Below are positions 26,001-38,000 of a stretch of DNA of 64,000 bases, in pieces. The translations under genes were made by a program, and so were the position numbers. Source of the stretch: Mobula hypostoma. Taxonomy: Eukaryota. Position 1 is the stretch's first letter. Every line of letters begins with the position of its first letter. The stretch covers positions 97,528,001-97,592,000 of the forward strand of contig NC_086107.1 of assembly GCF_963921235.1 (NCBI RefSeq), read 5' to 3'. Below the pieces are notes generated by a model that ran no database searches, was not told where the DNA came from, and saw only the letters and a program-made list of their open reading frames with translations.

Positions 26001-29000
26001 GGCAGTGCCTTTGGTGACATACAATTCTCCTGAAACTCCTAAAGAAATGTAGTCGCTGTCATAACTTTGAAACTGCATGGATATGTTGTAACTGAATTGT
26101 AACTATATCAATATGCTGGGCCCAGGATAGATCCTCAGAACTTGAAATTGCTCACTCTCTCCACTGCTGATCCCTTGAGGAGAACTGTTGTGCGTTCCCT
26201 CATCTTAACCTTTCTGAAGTCCACTATCAATTCTTTGGTCTTACTGATCATGAGTGCAAGGTTGTTGCCGCACCGCCACTCAACCAGCTGATCTACTTTG
26301 CTCCTGTATGCCTTCTCGTTGCCATCTGAAATTCTGCCAACTATAGTCATGTCGTCAGCAAATTTAAAGATGGCATATGAGCTGTGCCTCGCCACAGCGT
26401 CATGGGTGTAACACTGGGAGCCACTGTTGGGACAGACTCAGTGATGTGTATGTGATACTATTTCTCTGCCACTGAACCATGCAGTTGTACAATGAGGCAT
26501 ACTGTACAGTGTTACACAGCATTAGTCATAGGGTATGGAACCAGGCCCTTTCACCCAACTCATCCATGACCATGACACCCACTAAACTGGTTCTATTTGT
26601 CAATGTTTAACCAAAATCTCCCTCAATCCCTCCTATCCGTGTACTTATCCAAATGTCTTCTGAATGTCGTTACCTTGCCTTCCTCAATCACTTCAACAGA
26701 TAGGTCGTCATCATCCTCTGCATGAAGAAGTTATCTCCATTTGAAACTCTTAAACTCTCTCTAGCTTTCAGTTCCCCTTCCCCATTATTTATACAGCAGG
26801 ACTTAGCTAAATATTGCAAAACACAGTAGGGCAGTGTCACCAATGTCACTGAGTCACGGAAAGAATTAAGATTCTTGTCCAGACTTTTGCTGAAAAATTA
26901 GATTTAACTAATGAATAGAGGGGGAGATAAAGGGACGGGGTTTAACAGAGTTTTAGGTTCAAGTTTATTGTCTTGGGTATACATTCATAGGGTATAAATA
27001 CGATGAAAATTGGCTTTTTATATCAGGAACACAGTACATTGCAGATGTGACAAATAAAGTTAACATAGACTTATTGAGACCTTGGTTGCTCTGGCTTGAC
27101 CAATATGGAGAGCAAACTGTTGCCCATGTAGCAATCTCCTCTCTCCATGCATCTGATAAACCCAAAGGAATGGCAGAGATTGATACAGTTCCGTACAAGC
27201 AGTTTCACAGGGGTTCCCAGTCAGCATTGAACTCAGCCTTGGGGACTCCTGCTCCAGATTTTTTCTTCGGGGTTTACTCCCAAAGCCTTCCCCCCCATGA
27301 GTGGGTATAGCCGCAAGGCAGCAGAGGTTTGAGATCAGAGTTTTCCTTCTCCTAGATGAGCTGCCAACCTCGGCTGACGAGCCCCATCTGCCTGAAGTGA
27401 CTGGTTTTAAGGCGCCAGTAACCCACCTTTGCCCCTTCTCCTGTCAGTAGAATCGGTTCCACCGGGCTTGGTGGCTAAGCCATGCGTAAAGGCCAGGAAC
27501 TGGACTTGTTAGACACTATTTGAATTGCATGCCATTGGGAACATTTAATAGGTTAGCGGGAGCTTATCTCCACTAACTTGCCCGGCCATAACGACCTTAA
27601 GGAACCAACATAAAATTAAATTAACGTAAATTACACGCAACTTGCTCAGCAACACAAAAAATATCATTAGTGCAAGTTGAGAGAGAGAGTCTGAAGTCGA
27701 ATTGGGTTTTTTAAACTTGTTTGAAGAACCTGATGGCAGTGGGGAAGAAGTAGTTGAACCTTGAGGTATGGGTCTTCAGTTTCCTGTACCTCCTCCCTGA
27801 TGATAAGTGTCACCTTCATGAGACATTAGGTGTTCTTGATGATGGGGAGACCTGTACCCATTAAAAATTTACAAACTTTTAGTCATTCATGTCTGGGATG
27901 ATGAGTGGTCCTGTTACCACTGAAGTCCTGCTCAGTGATTTCTCCTCACACCAGGGGAATGCCATTGAGTCAGACAGTTCAGCGAGGCCCTTCAGCCTGT
28001 TGCATTTGTCCCTGCTACCAACCACCCATTTGCACCAGTCCTACTCTGTCCGTTGTATTCTTTCCACATTCCCATCAACTCTCTCCACTCTCTCGTCTCT
28101 GTAACCTTTTGCGGTCCTGTGCATTGGAGCTCCCAACCCTGGCTGTGATGCGATGTCATAAAGCCTGTGGACAAGTCAGCTGGAAATACAGCCATCAGTA
28201 GGGGACCAGTGAAGACTAGAGTGGCTGTGGAGGGCAAGTTTTGATCAGTGCAGGAACACAATCTCATGTCGTATACACGGAGGGACAGTGCATTGAAGCA
28301 GCCCCCTGTTGTACATACAGATCCCATAGGATTGCAGAGACTGAAAGAACTCAAAGCTTTGGAGGGAGGGGGGTGGGTTTGAGAGTTTGCATCTGTTTGA
28401 TAATTGCGCATCACATTAAGGCATGTGTAGACCCAGACAGCACGCTATTCCTAAAGGGGGAACTTCAGCTAAGCACAATGCTTCAGCTGCCTGGATTCAC
28501 AGAGGAAACTGGTCCAGAATCTTGCCTTCATCACTCTGGGCTTTGAGTACGAGAGTTGGGATGTCATGTTGCAACGATACAAGTCATTGTTGAGACCAGA
28601 TTTGGAGTGTGTGCATCTTTGGTCACCAAGCTATAGGAAGGATAGCATTAAGCTGGAAAGCAATCAGAAAAGATTTACGAGGATGCTACTGGACCTGGAA
28701 GGTTTCAGTTGTAAGGAGAGGACAGACAGACTGGACATTCGTTCCTGGAGTGAAGGAGGCCGAGGAGTGACCTTGCAGAGGTTTATAAAGTCATGGGGGG
28801 GCATAGTTAAGGTAAACATCTATAGATGTACAATGCAGAGTATTCTAACTGTGAAATGGGAACACCTCTTTTTCCCAAGGCTTTTGGTGAGTGGCAAAAG
28901 AATCAAAAGGGAAGTTGTTGGGCACATGAGTGAGAGAGGTGTTATAAAAATTTGGGAGGAGGTGGTGAGAAACTGCTGATTTCTTTCCACATTTTATATA

Positions 29001-32000
29001 TACAGAGCTGACCGTAGTAGCTTTTAATTGCTGTTGTGAATGGATTTTCTGTGTCTGTGTTTAGGTATTATCCTTGACCTAATGCACCTGAAGAAGGCTG
29101 GTGGGTTTGATATCTCTCTCTTCTACTGCGACATTGTGAGCCTGTCGGAGGATGACGAGCTGGGCCTGCAGGTCAAGGAATCAGCCAAACTGGATGACCT
29201 GCTTCAGAAAGTCAGGGCCAAGGACCACAAGAAACGAGCGCTTACCTGGTCAGCCATCACAAGATTAGCATCTTCTGATTCCTAAAACATTTAAAGAATC
29301 ATAGAACACAACAGCACAGATACAGGCCCTTTGGCCCATCTCATCTGTGCCGAACCATTAATCTGCCTAGTCCCATCGACCCGCACCCAGACCAAAGTCC
29401 CCTCCCATCCATGTACTTATTCCAAATCTCTCTTAAGTGTTGAAATTGACCCCGCTTCCACCACTTGTGTTAGCAGCTCGTTCCACCTCTCACCCCTCGA
29501 AATGAAGAAGTTCCCCCTCATGTTGCCCTTTAAAACGTCACCTTTCACCCTTAACCTATGACCTCTATGTGTAGTCTTGCCCAACTCAGTGGAGAAAGGC
29601 TGCTTGCGTTTACCCTCTCTATAGCTCACATAATTTTGGATCCCAGTAGAACAGCATAAAAACTACATTTCAGAGCCTCAGCCTGCCTGAGGAACAGGTA
29701 GGTTCTCTGTTCTCATAGACAAAGGAGATTCTGCAGATGCTGGAAACTGAGCAAGCACACACAAATGCTGGAGGAACTCAGCAAGTCAGCAGCATCTTTG
29801 GAGGGAATCTGGGCAAATGCCCTTCATCGGGACTGGAAAGGAACCAGCATAAGAAGTTGGCGGGGCGGGGGTGGGGAGTACAAAGTGGCAGGTGATAGGT
29901 GAGACCAGGTGAGAGGAGGCAATGATTTAAGAAGCTGGGAGATGATAGGTGGAAGTGGTAAAGGGCTGAAGAAGGAGGAATCTGATAGGACTAAGGAATA
30001 AAAGGAAGAAGGAGGAGAACCAGTGGAAGGTAATGGTCAGGTCGTGTGGGTAAAGAAGGAGAAGAGAAGGGGTGAGAGGGTAACAGCAGGAGAGTGGATC
30101 TTTTACATGCATCTCAACAGAGGTAGAAGAGGTGCTCTCAGTCGAACCCCTCATTACTAAGCTGTCATCATTTGTAGTCTGTTAGTTTGAGGCAGCGCAT
30201 ACCCACTTTCCCCGCCTCAGGCACCCAGCTGCGGCAGCTATGTACGCCCCTGACGTGTGCTGTTTTTGCCCAGGGTAAACCTGATCCTGGGCGGAGGTGT
30301 GGAGCTCTCGGTTGCCGTGTACAACCTCATCTATGGCGTCAAGAGACCTGGTGCAATCCGCCTCCACCGGGAGAGCAACGAGCCTGTCAAAACCAAAACC
30401 CGGTGGTTCAATGGAGAGACTGGCAGCCTGCTGCTGCCCAGTGACACCAAGAAGGCCCAGGTATTGAACTTCTACTTTCTTATTGCATTTGGCCCAATGG
30501 CTCCAAGCAGAACAATCCCTAGTCCCATTGCCCCTCTCCCCTCCTGAATCTTGTTCCCTCTCTCATTGAGAGCATCCTGACAAGTTGCATCTCCTTCTGG
30601 TATGGGAGCAGCTGAGCATTGGACTGGAAGTCCCTACAAAGGACTGAGAATGGCTGAGAGGATCACAGGGTCTCTCTATCATCCACTGGGGACATTTATC
30701 AGGCGCACTGCATACGTAGGGCCGGTAGTTTTATCAAGGATCCCACCCCTCCATCCAGCATCTTCTTGGACTTTCTACCATCAGGCAGGAGACTCCGATG
30801 CTTAAAAACAAGAACGGTCAGGATGGGAAATGGTTTCTTTAATCAGGACATTAGGCTTCTGAACCACATCGCATTTGAAGTGTCACTGGTTAATCTGTTC
30901 TGTATCTTACAATATTTAATTTATGCACTTTAGTTTGTTATTTATGCGTGATTCAACCATAGATTTTATTCTTCCTTTTATGTTACTGTGTGTTATGTGT
31001 AGTACTGTGCTTTACAGACTGGTCTGGAGAAATGTCTCGTTTGACAGTATACATGTGTATAGTTAAATGACAATGAACTTGACTTGACATGCTTATCAAG
31101 TGCCCCTTGATACTTTGACCATTCCCCCTTGAGGGGCAAATAACAGCAGCTAATTAACCTACCAAGCTGCATGTCCTAGGGGTGTGGAGGAAGCCGTTGT
31201 GTCCACAGGAGACCCTTAAGCCTCTCTTGCCCTTCTTCAAAGTGTCTACATCTTCACCCTGCCCTAACATGGTCTTATGTCGTTCATCTATTTTTTTTGT
31301 TGCTTTGTTGAGACTGGTGGCAAACTCCGCAGGAGACCACTGTTTGTGGAGACTGAAGTCTGTGCTTGTGCTTTGAAAATCAGGTGTACGGACAGCGACA
31401 GATTGTGATGGAGAAGGAGGAGACGGAGGAGCTGAAGCGGTTTGATAATCCCGGCTTGGTTCTCATTGGCTTCAAGCCATTGTCTCTATTAAAGAAGCAT
31501 CACCACATCAGGTCATCGCAGTTCATTTACCCTGAGGAAGAGCTGATAACAGGTAACCGTCAACTCCAGTTACATCTCCCATTTACCCTGAGGAAGAGCT
31601 GATAACAGGTAACCGTCAACTCCAGTTACATCTCCCATTTACCCTGAGGAAGAGCTGATAACAGGTAACCGTCAACTCCAGTTACATCTCCCATTTACCC
31701 TGAGGAAGAGCTGATAACAGGTAACCGTCACCTCCAGTTACATCACCCGATGTAGGGAGAGCTCTGCACTAATCCTTCAAACAAGGGTAGAATCTGCACC
31801 AGTGATACCTGGCCTGGAAATATCGTTGTATGGTGTTGTTTACTTCTGAGCTATGCAATTGAAAGTATTTATTTTCTTAGTGGGACAAAACTGTTTCCAG
31901 GTTGTTTTGTGTCTCTCTGGGAATTGGGATTGATGCTTCCCCAGTGTGAGCCACATTCATGGTGAATGATTTCCACATCCAGCTTATCTCCTAGTTACAG

Positions 32001-35000
32001 AATTCCCAGGTGGCATTGTCCTCACAGTTTTCTGAGTCCTTCTATCCCAGAGAGCCTGTTAACCCAGGACAACGGGATTTAATATCAGTCTAGTGTGAAG
32101 GCCCAGTAAAGGGGCCTCCATTTTCTGCCGTCAGTGCTTTCAGAGCCACTCCCCGCCCCCCCAGCACCATCCTGTAATCTCCCCTTCACCTTGCTCAAAA
32201 CCCCAGCTTCAGCCATCTCTCCTCATTGAAGGATGCACCCTCACCCCATGATCAGAATCAGGTTTAATATCACCGGCATATGTTGTGAAATTTGTTAACT
32301 TTGAGGCAGAGATGATAATAATAATAATAGAGAAAAAAATGTGAATTACATTGTGTGTATAGTCTCGTGAGACCATGGATTTGCGCCTTGGAAGGTTTCC
32401 AAGGCGCAGGCATGGGCAAGGTTGTATAGAAGACCGGCAGCTGCCCATGCTGCAAGTCTCCCCTCTCCACGCTACCGATGTTATCCAAGGGAAGGGCACT
32501 AGTCCCGATACAGCTTGGCACTGGTGTCGTCACAGAGCAATGTATGGTTAAGTGCCTTGCTTAAGGACACAACACGCTACCTCAGCTGAGGTTCGAACTA
32601 GCGACCTTCAGATCACTAGACCAACGCCTTAACCACTTGGCCACACGCCAACATATATATATATATATATATATGTGCATATCTATAATAATTAAATTGC
32701 AAAAATAGAAATAAAAAAGGTAGTGAGGTAGGGTTCATGGGTTCAAAGTCCACTCAGAAATCGGATGGCAGGGGGGATGAAGCTGTTCCTGAACATTTGA
32801 GTGTGTGCCTTCAGGCTTCTGTACCTCCTTCCTGTAACAATGAGAACAGGGCATGTCTGGGTGATGGGGGTCCTTAATGATAGATGTCACCATTTTGAAG
32901 CAATGCTCCTTGAAGATGTCCTGGATACTACAGAGGCTAGTGCCCATGATGGAGCTGTTTTCTATACAATAGCCCGCCACCAGCCCCACCCCATACCAGA
33001 CAGTGATGCAGCCAGCTAGAATGCTCTCCATGGTACATCTGTAGAAATTTGTGAGTGCTCAGGCCAGTCCTCCACGAAAGCTGACTGGGCAATCACCGAC
33101 TTACTGTCTCAGCGCCTGACCTCAGCCCTCGGCACTGTCTTTTGTCCGAAGAACCGTTGGAAACATTAGGCTGGTAGCCCCTGGCATTCCTAAAGTGGAA
33201 GAGCCCTTGAACTGTCCAAAAAACTGAGGGGTGTTAACAGGATTGATATGGAGAGGATGATTCCTCTTGTGGGAAAAGCTAGAACTAGTGGTCATTGTCT
33301 AAAAATAAGATGAGGAGAATTTGGTTCAGGGATGTAAGTCTTTGGGACTCTCTTCCTTCAGACTGGTCTGAGTATTTTTAAATTCACGGGCAGATAGATA
33401 CTATAAAATGTTACTGGGGATAGAGCGTGGAGCTGAGGTTCTGGTCTGATCAGCATGAAGTGGTGAGGCAGGTTGGAGAGACTGAGTGATCAATTCCTGG
33501 TGCATTTGCACGCTTTCCTTCGGATTGCTGACCATCAGAGCTGCAGCCCCAGGGGTCAGAGATGTTAGTGAGCTAAAACTAAAGCAGGAAGTGCTGGAAA
33601 CACTCAGCCCATCAGGCTGCATCTGGGGGGAATAGAAAAAGCATCAGCGTCTCCGAATGGAGACCCTGAACTGAAAAGGAGACGAAAGCAGTTGGTGGAC
33701 CTAGTGTGCCACTGCACTGACCATCTCACACATGACTGAGGACCACTTGAATCTCTGAGCACTCAGGACTTTGAGTCTCATTGTCCTGGTTAAACTTCAA
33801 GTTTAACTCTTGTCAAGCAACCTCGGCTGGTCCTCATCTCTAACTGTCCTGGGTCCTAGTGCCCAGCTGTTTGTTACTCTGACTTTTTTTTTGTTGAGAT
33901 ACAGTGTGGAATAGGCCCTTGGAGCCACGCTGCCCAACAATCCCTCAATCTAATGCTAGCCGAATCACGGGACAATTTACGGTGACCAATCAGCCTACCA
34001 ACTGGTACATCTTTGGTCTGTGGGAGGAAACTGGAGCACCTGGAGAAAACCGTGCGGTCGCGGGGAGAACATACAAACTCCTTACAGACTGTGGTGGGAA
34101 CTGAACCCCAATCGCCTGCACTGTAATGTATTGTGCTAACTTTTATCTGTGCTCATGTCCCCAACAGGAAGCACTACTCTGTTCAGCGCGGTACTCACCA
34201 AGTGCCTGGAGAGGAACGTGTGCGCCATTTGTCGGTACACATCGCGGAGGAACACCCCGCCTCGATTCGTCGCAATGGTCCCGCAAGAGGAACAGCTGGA
34301 TGATCAGAAAATGCAAACCATGCCTTCAGGTCGGTGATTCTGCACGTGCTTACTGACTGAGGGAATAGGTTTAATGGCAGGCTCTTCACCCCACCTTCAT
34401 CAAAGGATGTGCACTCTTTAAGTGGCCAGATCTCCACTCACCGAGGGCACGCCTTATGGGTTTTCAGACGCCGCACAAATTCTGAGCACACTCAACGACT
34501 GCACATCTGAACATGGTACACACACACATACACTCATAAAGACACCCACACTCTCTGACGCACTCGCATTCACACTCTCACACTTGCATGATGAGTGATT
34601 GTAGTAGTAAAGCCATTTTGAGAAACAGCAGGTGACAATATGACCCAGGGGGTGACAACATGACCCAGGGATAATGATGCATCATGAAACATGGGAACTT
34701 AAAAAGTTGCTTACTTTGGGATCTGTGCAAGAGGGTAAGAGATGATTTCTCCCCAACCCACCCCCATTACCGGTTCATGAAAGCTTAAGTATTTAGTATT
34801 TTATTCTCCGAGTTCGAAGAAATGTTGGACACGTTAGGCTGGTAGCCCCTGGTGTTCCTAAAGAGAGAGCCTTTGAACTGTACAAAAAACCGGAGGGGTG
34901 TTAACAGGATTGATGTGGAGAGGATGATTTCTCTTGTGGGAAAACCTAGAGCTTGTGGTCGTTATCTAAAAATAAGATGAGGAGAAATTGGCTCAGGGAT

Positions 35001-38000
35001 GTAAGTCTTTGGGACTCCCTTTGTTTTCCTTTGGACTGCTGATCGTCGGAGCTGCGGCCCCAGGGCTCAGAGATGTTAGTGCATTAAAACTAAAGCAGGA
35101 AGTGCTGGAAACACTCAGAACGTCAGGCTGCATCTGGGGGAATAGAAACAGCGACAGCCTGTCCGATCAGGGACCCTGAACTGAAAAGGAGACGAAAGCA
35201 GCTGGTGGAGTTTCTGAGTTATACAGTACAGCAACGGGCCCAAATATTTCCCATTGGCCCACATCCCTCTAAATCTTCCCTATCCATGAATCAGTCCATT
35301 TGTCTCTTGAACACTGTAATTGTACCTGCTGCTACCATTTCGTCTGACAGCTCATTCCACATACTGATCATCATCTGTGTGGAAAAATACTTTTAAATCT
35401 TTCCTCTCTCATCTTAAACCTTTGCCCTCTAGTTTTAAATTCCCCTATCCTGGGCTATTCAGTTTATCATTACCCTTCATGATTTTGTATACTCTATACC
35501 TCTACAACATCACCTCTCGATCTTCTACACTCCAGGGGAAAAAGTCACAGCTATCCAGTCTCTCCTTATAACTCCTACCCTCTGGTCCCAGAAATATAGA
35601 TCTTTTTTGCACACTTTCCTGCTTAATGACATCCTTCCTATAGCTAGGTGACCAGAACTGCCCACACAATACTTTTCTGCACCGATGACTTCTGCAACTG
35701 TAGCATTACATCCCAACTCTTGTCTCCCAGCAACATGACCTCATTATTTGTCTTTTGCACAATAGTCTTAGACTTTTGCACAGTACTGTATTTGTCAAAG
35801 TGGAGCGGAGAGTGAGTTTGTAAATCAGGTGGGAGCAAAGAATGTTGGGAATGGTGAGGGAAGGGCGTGGGACAAGTGGCAGAGAAAGAGTGCCAGGGCA
35901 GGGGATGGCACAGGTGCAGACACACCCAGCCATGAGACACCAGGCAAGGTTGTTTGTTTATTGATCATTACAGAATGTCTCTCTGGTGCTTCCTGCTCCC
36001 TTCCCTTTTTCCCAACCATGATTTCCCCTCTCCCTGCCCCCTTCCCACTCTCAGTCCATGATAGAGACCCATACCAGAATCAGATTTATCATCAATCACA
36101 TATGACATGAATCTTGTCATGTCATATATATATACACATACGCCTAAGACTTTTGCACAGTATTGTATGTCAGTGTCAATAAACCTGATTCTGATTCTGA
36201 CTCAGTGCCCTAACTAACAAAGGCAAACATGCTAAATGGACCTTGTTAAAGTCTACAGAGACAACAACTACTGCCGTGCTCTTGTCAAGCCTCTTGGTTA
36301 CCTCTTCAAAAAACCTCAGTCAAATTTGTGATCTTTGCATGCACAAACCCATGCCCACTATCCCTATTCAACCCTTGCCTTGGGTTTCAGACACTCACTC
36401 TATCCACACTGCTCTACAACTGCAGATAAAAAGACTTGCATTCATGAAATGCCATTCACAACCCAGGGGGTAAACCCAAATGCATTACCCCCAATAACAT
36501 GCTTTAATTTTGAGCTCCAAATACAGTGGATTCCAGTTAATTGGGACATATCAAGACCAGAACATTTTGGCCCAACTTAAGTGGCTGCCCCAATTAGCTG
36601 ACGTTTTGTTGAAATAGTTTAAAAGTGTAAAATAGGTCATACTACTGTTTACTTGAGTAACAAATTATGTATTTAAATAAATAAAGAACAAATTGGAACA
36701 TTACCAATACTACTGATGGTTGTCCATCATATCCAACGATGACAGGAAACCTGTGCGGGAGAGTTTTTAAAGTGGAAAAGCCATCGCACTGGGGCAGGTC
36801 CCCTCTCTCAACCTCAGAAGTCTGGGTCCAGTGGTACAAGTAGTCGTCACGATTGGGGTCATCCTTGGATGAAATGGATGACCGTAACTACTCCCGTGCC
36901 CTTTGCTCTCCACGATGCTTTACAGACTCGCCTTTCTGGCCATTGGATCTCGCTGTAGATCTCACCCACCCTGTCTGCTGGAGCTGACTTTGCAGGCTAG
37001 GACAGGTGTGTCCCTATCTCAACGGGGGCATGAGTTCCGCCAGCTGCCCTCACCTGGTTTAGCCTACCTGTCAAAGCGGTGTACTGGGGTCACATGCAAA
37101 CAGCTAGTTGAAGCTACAGGTGAGAGCTGAATGTCCGGTGGGGGGCAAAGATAACATTCCAGGGGATTGTCCGTACCTTCAAATTCTTTGTAGTTCCACC
37201 TGCTGAAGTAATGAAATTATTTCATTTTTACTCCTGGCTGTTTCTGGCACTTCCAAGCCTGAATGCTTGAAACCACAGTGACCAAAACAGATCTGAGCTG
37301 TCTTACTGCTTATTTCTCGCCAGCTATTGATGACAAAAATCACTGCTTTTTGAACACAAACACACACAACTGACGCTATTTAAAAACTGTTCACTCTAAG
37401 CAGAGTGTTGTGTGTTTGGCAACGGTCCCCCATCAGTAGCATAGTGTCCCAAATAAATGAAGAGGATCCTGGCTATTTTCTCAATTAGTTTTTGTCTTTT
37501 AAGAGTTGTCGCAAATAAGAGGCTCCTCCAATTGATCGATGGCCCAATTAACCAGAATCCACTGCATTCTATAATATTATTAGATAACCAGCTTGCACTA
37601 AGCTCACTCAAACAACCATGTGATAGTAAGAGGATTACCTGTTTAGTCAGTGATGTTGGCATAGAATATTGGCAAAATATGAAAAATCTGAATGGTGCCC
37701 CGATCCTTCTTATCTGCCTCTAAGATGACATCTACTATCGTGCCTCCTCCAGCCATTTACCCTCAGCTTCAAGCCTCATGTGAAACGTGCTGAGGTATTC
37801 AAGGGCACAAGGACCATAATGCCCTTCCCACCTGTGAAGGTCAGGGTTTAAAAGAACATAGTAGTTGGGGACATTGCTGCTGGTGTGCAGTCAGGTCCCA
37901 CCTTTGATCACATTTCTGTGGGACTGTTGGCATTCATTCTAAGGGTGAATTAAGCAACTCGAGTGCTGCCCACATTCTGCGTGCATGGTACGCTTACGCA

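Noticed and set aside
31524..31747. Regular repeat array as CRISPR-like
   Set aside because: Head-to-tail identical units without unique spacers, in a eukaryotic gene
32575..32652. tRNA-like sequence with A and B boxes
   Set aside because: Head of a SINE present in three copies; no complete cloverleaf
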